From NCBI RefSeq assembly GCF_900232105.1, contig NZ_LT934425.1, positions 2,370,001 through 2,402,000 on the forward strand: a stretch of 32,000 nt of DNA, read 5' to 3'. Source of the stretch: Candidatus Kuenenia stuttgartensis (lineage in GTDB: Bacteria; Planctomycetota; Brocadiia; Brocadiales; Brocadiaceae). Position numbers and translations under genes: made by a program. The stretch's first letter is position 1; every line of letters starts with the position of its first letter. The notes below the pieces were generated by a model. The model made no database searches and had not been told where the DNA came from. It worked only from the letters and a program-made list of their open reading frames with translations. Positions 15,641 to 25,718 of the stretch are shown here, in pieces.

Positions 15641-17749
15641 TCAACATGGCTGAGATTTCTTTAAGTTGACGGCGCTGAATTTATATTCGGGCTGTTTTGA
15701 GTGGATGTCACAGATATTGTTTGTTACAAGATTAGCTAATCTGGCATCTTTATTGTTTATAGCGCCGCCGTAATGTATTGGCATAAAAATATTTCCCTGA
15801 AGCACACGGCCGGAAATCTGAGCGAAGCCTTTTGTCGTGCCGCGTGAAGAGGAAACTTCAACCTCATCTCCGTTTTGTATGCGTAGTTGTGCGGCATCGT
15901 GCGGATGAATCTCGACGAAGTTATCCGGTGCGCGTTGGTGTAAATAGGGAATACGTTTTGTCCGGACACCGGTGTTAAAATGCCATTGCTGGCGCCCGGT
16001 GATAAGAACAAAGGGATATATTTCGTTAATGGTTTCTTTTGGAGGGAGGTATTCGCGAGGCAGCAGGGCGGCGCGCCCATCGGCTCTGGGGAAATATCTG
16101 TCCGTGAACAGGCGAGGCGTTCCCGGATGATTCACATCCGGGCATGGCAGTTGAATACCCGTATTCCCGCGTAATCTTTCATACGTCACTCCGTTCATAT
16201 CGCAAATGCGGCCACTTGTTATTTGTTTAAACTCTCCGAAGACATCTTCCGGAGAAGAGTAGGGAAATTCCTTTTCAAAGCCCATCGCACGCGCAACAAG
16301 CCACAATATTTCGCAGTCCGGCTTCGCTTCTCCCGGCGGGTCGATTATTTTATCCGCCAGTTCGATGCGCCTCTCTGAAGAAATAAACGTGCCTGCCTTT
16401 TCGCACCACTGGGCGGCGGGCAATACTACGTCCGCGAGTTTGGTGGTTTCAGTGGGGTGAAAAATATCCTGAACAACAAGCATCTCCGCCTTTGATAACC
16501 CGTCTAAAATCCACTTTGTATTCGGCAGCGATGCGGCGGGATTTGCGGCAATGACCCAGAGGGCGCGTACGTCGCCCGAATGAAGGCCACTGACTATATC
16601 CATTATGGACCTGCCTGGAACCGGATGGAGTTTTTCTGTGGGAATGCCCCAGAAATCGGCTACTTCCTGCCGATGCTGTGGGTTTGCCACCATCCGCATG
16701 CCGGGCAAAAGATGTGATAATCCGCCAACCCAGCGGCAGCCGAGCGCATTGCATTCCCCGGTGATTGACAACGGCCCTGCGCCCGGTTTGCAAAAATTAT
16801 TTGTCAGAAGCCATAAATTATGCAATGTGTTATTTTTAAATACCGCCTGCGTGGAGTGGTTATATCCCTGGAACCAGAAAATGAGCATTGCCTTAGACCG
16901 GCCAACCATTCGCGCCGCATCAATGATAAGCTGTTCGGGGCATCCGGTGATTTCTGATGCTCTTGAAGGGGGGTATTCCTCTGAAAGTTCCTTAAGGTCC
17001 TTGATTCCTGATGCGTATTCCGCCACCTTTTCTTCGTTGACATACCCTTCTTTCAATAAAACATGGGCTATGGAGTTATTCAGCGCTACGTCCGTTCCGG
17101 GCCTAATCTGAAGATGAATATCCGCTATGCCGGTAGTTTCCGACCTGCGCGGGTCAACGACAATAACCTTTGCGTCGTTCTTTCTTTTCGACCTTGCTAC
17201 CCTTGCGAACAGGGCAGGCACAGAGATGGCCATATTATTGCCGGCAATGAAGAACAAATCTGCCTGTTCTATATCCGCATAGCATGCCGGAGGGGCGTCT
17301 GCGCCGATAGTCGACATAAAGCCCATTGCCGAACTTGCCATACACAGACGGGTGCTGGACTCGATATTGTTGGAGCCAATGCATCCTTTTATCAGTTTAT
17401 TCATGAGATAATACTCTTCCGTCGTACATGTTGCTCCGCTGTGAATGGCAATTGCTCCGGGACCATGTGTTTCTATGATTTCTTGAAAGCGGGAGGCGAC
17501 ATGGGTGATTGCTTCTTCCCAGGAAACAGGGGAGAGCTTTCCGTCCCGCCTGATCATTGGTTTTGTCAGTCTGTCCTCTGCGCAGAAAACGGGTACAGAG
17601 TTGGCGGGAAGGGTGCATATCATTCCATCGTTGGCCGGATGGCCTGGCATACCTTTAATTTCAATGATTTTCCCGTTTTCCACTCCGGCCATCAAACCGC
17701 AGCCGAAGCCGCAATAGGGGCATGTTGTTTTGTGCCATTGAATTGGCAT
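15641..17749 (-). CDS. Molybdopterin oxidoreductase catalytic subunit (assimilatory nitrate reductase / formate dehydrogenase-like)
   Basis: TTCPYCGFGCGLMAG 4Fe-4S motif, STRLCMASS Mo-ligand region, C-terminal molybdopterin dinucleotide-binding domain (VLITGRQQWHFNTGVRT..., GDEVEVSSSRG). Likely start at MPIQWHK (17749) rather than the ORF-track start. Confidence 0.88.
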   Translation of the reverse strand: MPIQWHKTTCPYCGFGCGLMAGVENGKIIEIKGMPGHPANDGMICTLPANSVPVFCAEDRLTKPMIRRDGKLSPVSWEEAITHVASRFQEIIETHGPGAIAIHSGATCTTEEYYLMNKLIKGCIGSNNIESSTRLCMASSAMGFMSTIGADAPPACYADIEQADLFFIAGNNMAISVPALFARVARSKRKNDAKVIVVDPRRSETTGIADIHLQIRPGTDVALNNSIAHVLLKEGYVNEEKVAEYASGIKDLKELSEEYPPSRASEITGCPEQLIIDAARMVGRSKAMLIFWFQGYNHSTQAVFKNNTLHNLWLLTNNFCKPGAGPLSITGECNALGCRWVGGLSHLLPGMRMVANPQHRQEVADFWGIPTEKLHPVPGRSIMDIVSGLHSGDVRALWVIAANPAASLPNTKWILDGLSKAEMLVVQDIFHPTETTKLADVVLPAAQWCEKAGTFISSERRIELADKIIDPPGEAKPDCEILWLVARAMGFEKEFPYSSPEDVFGEFKQITSGRICDMNGVTYERLRGNTGIQLPCPDVNHPGTPRLFTDRYFPRADGRAALLPREYLPPKETINEIYPFVLITGRQQWHFNTGVRTKRIPYLHQRAPDNFVEIHPHDAAQLRIQNGDEVEVSSSRGTTKGFAQISGRVLQGNIFMPIHYGGAINNKDARLANLVTNNICDIHSKQPEYKFSAVNLKKSQPC

Positions 17750-17787
17750 AGTAATACGGTCTCCCTTGTTTTTATTTATTTCAATGA

Positions 17788-19602
17788 TTACGTTCTTGCT
17801 TTTTTTGCGAGGTAGATCATAAGGATTGAGATATCTGCCGGTGATACCCCCGAAATGCGTGAGGCTTGTCCTAAAGATAGTGGGCGTATCTGTGAAAGTT
17901 TTTGGCGTGCCTCTCTTCTTAATTCTGTAATGTGTGAATAGTCCAGCCAATCCGGAATCTTGTGGTTTTCCATCTTTTTGAATTTCTCTATTTGGCTGTA
18001 TTGGCGCTCTATATATCCCTTATATTTTATTTCAATCTCCACCTGTTCCTGCACATCTCCGGGCACGTTTTTTTCTGCAAGTTCGGAGTCTATTCCGAGA
18101 AGTTGATCAAACGTTTGTTCCGGGCGGCTGAGTATTTTTGCTAACGCGTCTTGCCCCGCCGTTTTATAATTCAGGTATGCAAGGGTTTCTGCAATGAGGC
18201 GTTCTTTTTCCTGTAATGTACTCCATTGCTGATCTGAAATGAGTCCGTATTTGTGCCCATATTTCATCAGTCGTCTGTCTGCGTTGTCCTGACGCAAAAG
18301 CAGGCGGTATTCCGCGCGGGAAGTAAACAGCCGGTATGGCTCCTCGGTGCCTTTTGTAACAAGATCGTCAATGAGTACTCCGATATATGCTTCTGAACGG
18401 TCAAGAATAAACGGCTCCTTTTCATGTATTTTCAGGGCGGCATTAATCCCGGCCATTATTCCCTGCGCAGCAGCTTCTTCGTAACCGGATGTGCCGTTGA
18501 TTTGTCCGGCAAGATAAAGATTCTCTACCGCTTTTGTTTCCAGAGATAGTTTCAACTGTGTAGGCGGCACGAAATCATATTCTATCGCATAGCCATATCG
18601 AACTATTTCCGCCGCTTCCAGCCCTTCAATGGAATGGACTATTCTTTCCTGCACGTCATGAGGCATACTTGTGGAAATGCCGTTACAGTATATTTCCAGT
18701 GTATCGAGTCCCTCCGGTTCCAGAAATATCTGATGCTGCAGTTTGTCTGGAAAACGCACGATTTTATCCTCCAGCGAGGGGCAATACCTTGGGCCGGTCG
18801 TACTAATTTGACCGGTATAAAGCGGGGCGCGATTAAGATTGGACATGACAATTTCATGTGTGGTCTGGTTTGTGTAGGTTATGTAACAGGGTACTTGTGC
18901 ACCGGATAATGTTTTTGTTGAAAATGAAAATGGCCGCGGATTTTCGTCGCCATGTTGTGGTTTAAGGTTTTTGTAGTTTATAGTGCGGCTGTTAAGACGG
19001 GGAGAAGTACCGGTTTTAAGTCTTTGTACTTCAAGCCCAAGGTCACGAAGGGACCCGGATAATCTTTCGGAAGAGAGTTCTCCGATCCTGCCGCCGCTCG
19101 TTATGTAGTTTCCGATGTGGATTACGCCTTTTAGAAATGTGCCCGTGGTAAGGATCACCGCCTTTGATTTGTATTGTAAACCACTCTGGCCGACAACGCC
19201 GGCGACCTTATTGTCTATGACAATAAGGCCGTCTGCAATTTCCTGTTTCATAAAAAGATTATCCTGGTGCTCCAATCTTTTTTTCATGGTTATCTGATAG
19301 GCTTTTTTATCGGCCTGGGCGCGTGGTGAATGTACTGCGGGGCCTTTTTTTGTGTTGAGCATGCGAAACTGAATACCCGTTGCATCAATCACCTGCGCCA
19401 TTTCTCCGCCCAATGCGTCGATTTCTCTCACGAGCTGCCCCTTGGCAATACCCCCGATTGCAGGATTGCAGGACATTTGTGCGACTGTATCGAGGTTTAT
19501 TGAGAGAAGGGCGGTATTCAGTCCCATGCGCGCCGAGGCTAAAGCGGCTTCGCATCCGGCATGTCCCGCGCCAACAACAATAACATCAAACTCCGTATGC
19601 AT
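17788..19602 (-). CDS. mnmG: tRNA uridine-5-carboxymethylaminomethyl modification enzyme MnmG (GidA)
   Basis: FDVIVVGAGHAGCEAALASARMG; SCNPAIGGIAKGQLVREIDALGGEM; GLYLAGQINGTSGYEEAAAQG-type motif; EYRLLLRQDNAD. Confidence 0.97.
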   Translation of the reverse strand: MHTEFDVIVVGAGHAGCEAALASARMGLNTALLSINLDTVAQMSCNPAIGGIAKGQLVREIDALGGEMAQVIDATGIQFRMLNTKKGPAVHSPRAQADKKAYQITMKKRLEHQDNLFMKQEIADGLIVIDNKVAGVVGQSGLQYKSKAVILTTGTFLKGVIHIGNYITSGGRIGELSSERLSGSLRDLGLEVQRLKTGTSPRLNSRTINYKNLKPQHGDENPRPFSFSTKTLSGAQVPCYITYTNQTTHEIVMSNLNRAPLYTGQISTTGPRYCPSLEDKIVRFPDKLQHQIFLEPEGLDTLEIYCNGISTSMPHDVQERIVHSIEGLEAAEIVRYGYAIEYDFVPPTQLKLSLETKAVENLYLAGQINGTSGYEEAAAQGIMAGINAALKIHEKEPFILDRSEAYIGVLIDDLVTKGTEEPYRLFTSRAEYRLLLRQDNADRRLMKYGHKYGLISDQQWSTLQEKERLIAETLAYLNYKTAGQDALAKILSRPEQTFDQLLGIDSELAEKNVPGDVQEQVEIEIKYKGYIERQYSQIEKFKKMENHKIPDWLDYSHITELRREARQKLSQIRPLSLGQASRISGVSPADISILMIYLAKKART

Positions 19603-19605
19603 ATG

Positions 19606-21162
19606 TTATTTCGCGCGTTCTACAAAGCGTGTTTCCCGAATAACGGTAACAATAACCTCTCCCGGATATTCTAATTGTTTTTCTATTTCGTTTGCAATGT
19701 CGTAACACATCTTTGCCGCGGCCTTGTCGTTTACTTTATCCGGACAAACCATGATGCGGACTTCTCTTCCCGCCTGAATGGCATAAGCGCTTTCTACGCC
19801 GTTGAAAGAGGTTGCAATTCCCTCAAGTTTTTCAAGGCGCTTGATATATTTTTCCAACGTTTCTCTTCTTGCGCCGGGCCTTCCTGCAGAAATCGCATCT
19901 GCTGCGCTTACCAAAACAGTGTAAACAGATTCCACAGGCCTTTCCTCGTGATGTCCGCCAATTGCGTTAATCACTTCATTTCTTTCATCGTAACGCTTTG
20001 CAAGATCAGCGCCTACGAGAGCATGTGTCCCTTCGGATTCAGACCCGGTTGCCTTTCCAATATCGTGCAAAAGTCCACATCTTTTCGCAAGGGCAACATC
20101 TAGTTTCAATTCTCCAGCAAGGATGCCCATGAGATTCGCAACCTCTATTGAGTGTTTTAGTTGATTTTGCCCGTAACTGGTTCTGTATTTCAGCCTTCCG
20201 ACAAGTCTTATTAATTCCGGATGGATGTGGTGTACGCCAAGGTCGAAGCATGTTTGTTTTCCTGTTTCCATGATGACTTGTTCTATTTCCTTTTCCGTTT
20301 CTTTTACGATTTCTTCAATGTGGGCGGGGTGGATTCTTCCATCAACGATCAATTTTTCCATAGATTGCCGGGCAATTTCCCTGCGTACACAATCAAAACC
20401 GGAGAGGACAATTACTCCGGGAGTATCATCTACTATAACGTCGATACCAGTTGCTTTTTCGAAGGCGCGGATGTTTCTGCCTTCTCTTCCGATAATACGT
20501 CCCTTCATTTCGTTGTTGGGCAGTTCAATTGAGCTGACAATATTTTCTGCGGTATGAGAAGAGGCGCACCGTTGAATTGATGTGGTAATTAATGATAATG
20601 CCGTTTGTTCAGCATTTTCCTTTGCCTCTTCTATCTTTTTCGAGATTAATTCGGCGCATTTGATATCAAGTTCTCTTTCCAGCCTGGTCAGCAATAGTTT
20701 TTCCGCTTCATCCCTTGACATATTGGAAATTTTAAGGAGCGTGTTATTCTCTTCTTCTATGATTTTTTCCAGTTCTACGTTCTTTTCATCAACTTTTTTT
20801 TCTTTAATACCCAAATTAGTGGATAGTGTATCAAGGTGTTTTTCCTTTTTTGTTAATAACTCGACTTTTCGTTCAAGGTTGTCTTCTCTTTTGCTTAACC
20901 TTCTTTCCTGTTGTCTCAGCTCGATTTTTGTTTCTTGCATCTCTTTTTCTATTGCTTCTTTGCGTTGAAACAATTCGGCTTTTGCCGAGAGTTCGGCTTC
21001 TTTTTTTATTTTTTCAGCCTCTCTCTTTGAATCTTCAATAAGTTGCTGTACCTTCTTTTCCTTTGCAGCCTGTTTTTTTCTAATTACTGCAATGCAGATA
21101 AAATAGCCTATGGCAATACAAACAGGAAAAAGGAGATAACAAGGAAACTGATAGATTTGCAT
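19606..21162 (-). CDS. rny: Ribonuclease Y
   Basis: N-terminal TM helix, long coiled coil, KH domain (MKGRIIGREGRNIRAFEKATGIDVIVDDTPG), HD domain (LLHDIGKATGSESEGTHALVGADLAKRY). Confidence 0.97.
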   Translation of the reverse strand: MQIYQFPCYLLFPVCIAIGYFICIAVIRKKQAAKEKKVQQLIEDSKREAEKIKKEAELSAKAELFQRKEAIEKEMQETKIELRQQERRLSKREDNLERKVELLTKKEKHLDTLSTNLGIKEKKVDEKNVELEKIIEEENNTLLKISNMSRDEAEKLLLTRLERELDIKCAELISKKIEEAKENAEQTALSLITTSIQRCASSHTAENIVSSIELPNNEMKGRIIGREGRNIRAFEKATGIDVIVDDTPGVIVLSGFDCVRREIARQSMEKLIVDGRIHPAHIEEIVKETEKEIEQVIMETGKQTCFDLGVHHIHPELIRLVGRLKYRTSYGQNQLKHSIEVANLMGILAGELKLDVALAKRCGLLHDIGKATGSESEGTHALVGADLAKRYDERNEVINAIGGHHEERPVESVYTVLVSAADAISAGRPGARRETLEKYIKRLEKLEGIATSFNGVESAYAIQAGREVRIMVCPDKVNDKAAAKMCYDIANEIEKQLEYPGEVIVTVIRETRFVERAK

Positions 21163-21953
21163 TATATTTTTATGAGCAGATATATCGCGCCCATCCTCCG
21201 GGGAAAAAATGAAAACGTAATAGTGGTCGTACCAAACTATGGGAAAAACTACTTCTGAAGGTCGAAAAGCCTTTGCCGGAGAACGGCAAGACCTAAGGAT
21301 ATGCTACCGGGACCTAATGAGGAATGAAAAAGCGGGATACTATGTAATGTTATGTGCTATATTTTGATAAAATAATGCAACAGTGACAAACATATGAGAA
21401 AATACTTACCAAGATGCATTTCCGGCAAATTAACGTGAGGGATTAATTTTACCAGATTTTGTTATCTGTATATTTTTTCTTTTGGATCCATAAATATCAT
21501 ATTGGATGCTGACCGTTTTGTTAACAATAACATTAGAGAAATCCCAGTCAAAAATCGGATTAAACTTTCAGATTAATGAGAAGGTTGCTTTTCATATCCC
21601 CTGATTCCAACAATAATACATTGTATGACAAATAAAAATAACCCTTAGTGATTAAGCCTTTCAATCGTTCAACTATTTTTAAATAAGAAATAATAATGAA
21701 AATGCTACTAACTGGAAATGGATATTCTTTTGAGAAAAATTATAAAATTCCTTACGAAAATATAATTATAAGGGCAAGGTGTAACTCAATTTTGCATATT
21801 TCGCATCATTCATTAATAGTCCAAACTGCAATAATAATTTATCTTTTTTGCCAAGTCAAGCTAATTATATATCTAATATTAAAAGGTTTAAGTGTTATTG
21901 GGAAGGTTGTTAAAGATAATATTTTTGTGATTTTCTGATGCGGTCTTTGGCGC

Positions 21954-21982
21954 TTGACAAGCTTTTCGCTGTTCAGTATAAT
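21954..21982 (+). promoter_or_regulatory. Perfect-consensus sigma70-type promoter: TTGACA (21954-21959), 17-bp spacer, TATAAT (21977-21982)
   Basis: Direct sequence match. Upstream of the lipoyl-like gene at 22053 with RBS AGGAG. Confidence 0.8.
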
Positions 21983-22052
21983 CGCCTTCCTTTTAGGGAT
22001 TAAACTGATTTTTAAAAGCTTTTTTTGTCTCACGATTTTTAGGAGAATAACT

Positions 22053-22343
22053 ATGAAAGTTGATGTGGAATTGCCGGAAATAGAGGGTAATGGGGATGAG
22101 GCAACAGTTTCTTTTTGGTATGTGGATGAAGATGAGGCGGTTGAAGAAGGTGAAGATCTTGTTGAAATGATTACGGATAAGACGACCTTCAACATAAATG
22201 CACCAACTACCGGAAGGTTAGTTGAAATTCATGTACAAGAAGGTGATGTGGTAAAAGTAGGTGATATCTTAGCAACACTTGAGACGGAAGAAGAGGTGGA
22301 CGAAGACGAAGAGGAAAACGAGGATGAAGACGAAGAAGAATAG
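22053..22343 (+). CDS. Stand-alone lipoyl/biotinyl-like domain protein with poly-acidic C-terminal tail
   Basis: MKVDVELPEIEGNGDEATVSFWYVDEDEAVEEGEDLVEMITDKTTFNINAPTTGRLVEIHVQEGDVVKVGDILATLETEEEVDEDEEENEDEDEEE. TDKT at the modified-lysine turn; RBS AGGAG. Confidence 0.85.
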   Translation: MKVDVELPEIEGNGDEATVSFWYVDEDEAVEEGEDLVEMITDKTTFNINAPTTGRLVEIHVQEGDVVKVGDILATLETEEEVDEDEEENEDEDEEE

Positions 22344-22403
22344 TTGCGGCGATAAATGGACAATGGATAATTTTCAATTTCTTTGCCTTCATTTAAGGGT
22401 TTT

Positions 22404-23447
22404 ATGTCTTTTGCGAAAATAATTGGCCAGGAGCAGGTTTTATCTTTATTTAAAAATGCCCTTAAAAATGAACGTTTAGCGCATGCTTACATCTTTGCCG
22501 GGCAGGAAGGGATTGGCAAAATGTCGTTTGCAAGGGAGTTGGCAAAGAAGATATTTTGCCAATCGGGCAAAATCGACGGCGCGTGTGACAATTGCAATAT
22601 ATGTAAAAGGATTGATGCCGATAATTTTACGGATATCTTTTTTCTGTTACCAGAGAAAAACCATCGGGTAATTAAATTAGAACAATTAAAATATCTACAG
22701 GAAATTCTTTTTGTAAAACCTTTAGAATCAAAGCACAAAATTGTCATTGTCGAAGATGCGGACAAGATGAATGAGGAAGCCTCTAACTGCTTGCTGAAAA
22801 CATTAGAAGAACCGCCATTATATGCCATTATATTATTAATAGTAACTTCTTTGGAATCTGTCAGTGAAACGATAAAGTCAAGATGCCAGGTAGTGAGGTT
22901 CTCCCCGCTATCACTAAAAGCAATGGAGAATATACTCACTGACCGGTTCCAATTAGATAAACAACTGGCCGCACAACTTGCTTTAATCTCCGGTGGCAGC
23001 CTTAAAAGAGCTGCAATGTTTATGGAGGCAAACGCTCTGGAAAAGAAACATTGGCTTGCAGAAAAACTTTTTGAGGTAAGTTTGAAGGATAATCTGACCT
23101 TTTCCAAAGAGCTATTAAATGAATGGAATATACAGGACATGGAAGTGTTGGAGGAAAAAAGATCGCATGTAAAAGAACTCTTTTTGCTGTTTTTGATGTA
23201 TTACCGGGACATACTTATTTGTAAAGCAGGCGGGGAGCATTTTCTTCTCTATTACGATGACTGGAAGGATGCCTTGATAGCGAAAAGTAAATCTCTGTCA
23301 GAAAAGACCCTGTTTAAGATTTTAGAGAGAATAAAAACTTCTTTAAAGTATCTCGACTGTAATGCCAATATCAATTTATTGATTGAGAATATGATTACCG
23401 AGATACTTTACCTTCAATCTGACCCTAAGGCCTGGTTTGCGCAATAA
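22404..23447 (+). CDS. holB: DNA polymerase III subunit delta' (DnaX-like AAA+)
   Basis: IIGQEQVLSLFKNALKNERLAHAYIFAGQEGIGKMSFARELAKKIFC; CNICKRIDA; KHKIVIVEDADKMNEEASNCLLKTLEEPPLYAIILLIVTSLESVSETIKSRCQVVRF. Confidence 0.85.
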   Translation: MSFAKIIGQEQVLSLFKNALKNERLAHAYIFAGQEGIGKMSFARELAKKIFCQSGKIDGACDNCNICKRIDADNFTDIFFLLPEKNHRVIKLEQLKYLQEILFVKPLESKHKIVIVEDADKMNEEASNCLLKTLEEPPLYAIILLIVTSLESVSETIKSRCQVVRFSPLSLKAMENILTDRFQLDKQLAAQLALISGGSLKRAAMFMEANALEKKHWLAEKLFEVSLKDNLTFSKELLNEWNIQDMEVLEEKRSHVKELFLLFLMYYRDILICKAGGEHFLLYYDDWKDALIAKSKSLSEKTLFKILERIKTSLKYLDCNANINLLIENMITEILYLQSDPKAWFAQ

Positions 23448-23648
23448 TTACGTTGCTGATAACAAGTTAGCTCACGGGAAAAGAATAATTACGCACCCCA
23501 TTATCCACCCTGCCGATGTTATGCGACAACATACAGACAAGTCTTTTCAGAAGGGAAATAAGCGAACATTCCTTTCTTAAACAAAATGCAAAACGTTGGT
23601 ACTCATTCACAATTACTGAACCGGGACAACATGGGATTGAGGTGAAAA

Positions 23649-25718
23649 GTGGTTAGCCTTCAAGAGATTATTCAACTAGCTCAAAACATCCGCCTGGACA
23701 ATCAGCCGGGAGACTGGAAGACGGTCAGCAAAAAACATTTGATCAACATTTTGAACTATATTCACTTCCAGTCCGGCACCATCCTTATAAATTTCAAGCA
23801 TTTGAAATACAACAATATCATATCCCTTCAAGCCAGGCCGAAACCATGCCTTGACGATAGTTTCGACTGCATTTGGCTTCGACCAAAAGGACTGAAGCTA
23901 AATGCCTATGAATTCCTCGATATTTTTCTTACTGAGGGAGAAAAACTTATTCGTATTAAAACTGATGTGATGGCTATACGCGAGGAAGGAATACGTTTCT
24001 CTCTCCCTGATACCTGCTATGAACTCGGACATCAGCGGGTAAAAAGGTATTCATGTGAAGGCGTTCAGGTTGATTTCATTCAAAACGGTACAGTTTTTTC
24101 CGGACGTCTTTTGGATTTTGGCGCTGTTTCATTCTGCGTAGAAGTATCAACAGTACCGCCTCAATCCTTCTATTGGGTAAATCCTGAATGCCCCGTCTAT
24201 ATAGTTTTTAAAGACGAACAGGATACTTTTTATTCAGGGTCATGCAGAATCACCAGACAAACCGATGGTCAGAAAACGAGGTCATTCATACTAGAATCCA
24301 TTGACAAACAGATGCGCAGGTTTAAACCTAAAAAATACCGTAGTTCAAGGCACAAACTGATACCTTCGCCCAATATCATTTTCCTGCATCCCTTAACCAG
24401 TAAGATGATCAATCTGGAGGTTGAAGACCTGGCAGGTTCGGGTTTATCTGTGAAGGAGTATTACTACAATTCCATACTTCTGCCGGGTATAATCGTGCCT
24501 GAACTTTTTATAGAATTTGCAGATGGTTTTAAGCTCAAGTGCAAGGCACAGGTTGTTTACAGGAATACAGCCAGAACCAAAGACAGCACAATGTTTGTAA
24601 GGTGTGGTATTGCTTTTCTGGATATGGATATTCATGACCAGGGAAGGCTTTCAGGCATTCTGCATCATGTAGCGAACAAAAAAACCTACGCCTGCAACTG
24701 GGTGGACCTGGATGCCCTGTGGAAGTTCTTTTTTGAGACGGGTTTTGTATATCCAGGGAAATATGCCCTTATGCATAACAATAAGGAACGGTTTAAAGAG
24801 ACGTATGAGAAGCTGTACATAAAAAATCCCGGTATAGCAAGGCATTTCATTTATCAGAGTAATGGGATAATTCATGGACATATATCTATACTCCGTTTTT
24901 ATGAGAATACGTGGTTGCTTCACCACCATGCCGCGAGCAGGTCAAGTGACAGCATGGCGGGTCTTGTTGTGTTGGGCCAGGTTGAGCGGTATATAAACGA
25001 TTTCCACCGCCTCTATTCAACACACATGAACTATGTTATTTGCTACTTCAGGCCAGACAACCGTTTTCCTCATAGGGTATTTGGTGGAGTTACGGAATCG
25101 ATACATGACCCTAAAGGGTCTTCCATCGATCCTTTTGCCTATTTTCATCATCATAAAAATGCAAATCAAGTAGAAATGTCAGCTTTGTGGTCGCTTACGA
25201 AAGTGCAACCGGAAGACCTTACGGAGCTTGAAAGCTTTTATGAATATACGTCCGGAGGTCTTATGATACACGCCCTGGATTTGGAGCAAAGTATGCTTGA
25301 TAGTGACGAACTCAGCAGAGAATATCAACGGCTTGGTTTTAAGAGGGAACGGAGACTCTTCTCTCTGAAGAAAGAGGGTATCCTTAAGGCTTTTATCATG
25401 TTAAACATCTCTGACACAGGGCTGAACATGTCAGACCTGACCAATTGCATTCATATTATAGTGCTGGAGTCTGAAGATGTTCCCCGCGATGCCCTTTATT
25501 CCTGCCTGTATAAGCTATCAAACTACTATGAGCAGGAAAAAATCCCGATACTCCTTTACCCTGTCAGCTATGCTGAAGAGCAGTCAATACCTTATGATAA
25601 GGTGTATAATTTGTGGATACTGAATATGCAGTATACGGATCAGTACTTTGAGTTCATGGAGGGTTTATTTAGTCGTGTTCAAAAGGATAGATTTAAGAAT
25701 AGCGCAAATTTTGGGTAA
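23649..25718 (+). CDS. Large PilZ-like protein (two beta-rich PilZ/YcgR-like segments) with a C-terminal region possibly acetyltransferase-like
   Basis: RVKRYSCEGVQVDF... and ...KKYRSSRHKLIPSPNIIFLHPLTSKMINLEVEDLAGSGLSVKE...VRCGIAFLDM resemble PilZ arrangements. The remaining ~370 aa are unassigned by motif. Confidence 0.6.
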   Translation: MVSLQEIIQLAQNIRLDNQPGDWKTVSKKHLINILNYIHFQSGTILINFKHLKYNNIISLQARPKPCLDDSFDCIWLRPKGLKLNAYEFLDIFLTEGEKLIRIKTDVMAIREEGIRFSLPDTCYELGHQRVKRYSCEGVQVDFIQNGTVFSGRLLDFGAVSFCVEVSTVPPQSFYWVNPECPVYIVFKDEQDTFYSGSCRITRQTDGQKTRSFILESIDKQMRRFKPKKYRSSRHKLIPSPNIIFLHPLTSKMINLEVEDLAGSGLSVKEYYYNSILLPGIIVPELFIEFADGFKLKCKAQVVYRNTARTKDSTMFVRCGIAFLDMDIHDQGRLSGILHHVANKKTYACNWVDLDALWKFFFETGFVYPGKYALMHNNKERFKETYEKLYIKNPGIARHFIYQSNGIIHGHISILRFYENTWLLHHHAASRSSDSMAGLVVLGQVERYINDFHRLYSTHMNYVICYFRPDNRFPHRVFGGVTESIHDPKGSSIDPFAYFHHHKNANQVEMSALWSLTKVQPEDLTELESFYEYTSGGLMIHALDLEQSMLDSDELSREYQRLGFKRERRLFSLKKEGILKAFIMLNISDTGLNMSDLTNCIHIIVLESEDVPRDALYSCLYKLSNYYEQEKIPILLYPVSYAEEQSIPYDKVYNLWILNMQYTDQYFEFMEGLFSRVQKDRFKNSANFG

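Noticed and set aside
17063-17815. 250-aa plus-strand ORF opposite the molybdopterin oxidoreductase, plus a 73-aa minus-strand ORF at 17397
   Set aside because: Opposite or out-of-frame to a clearly conserved enzyme. Rich in Cys/His/Arg, as typical of antisense translation.
21043-21258. 71-aa plus-strand ORF ending MSRYIAPILRGKNENVIVVVPNYGKNYF, and a possible 6S/riboswitch identity for the same area
   Set aside because: It overlaps the start of rny on the opposite strand and no homology is evident; the RNA motif match is too weak for a named call.
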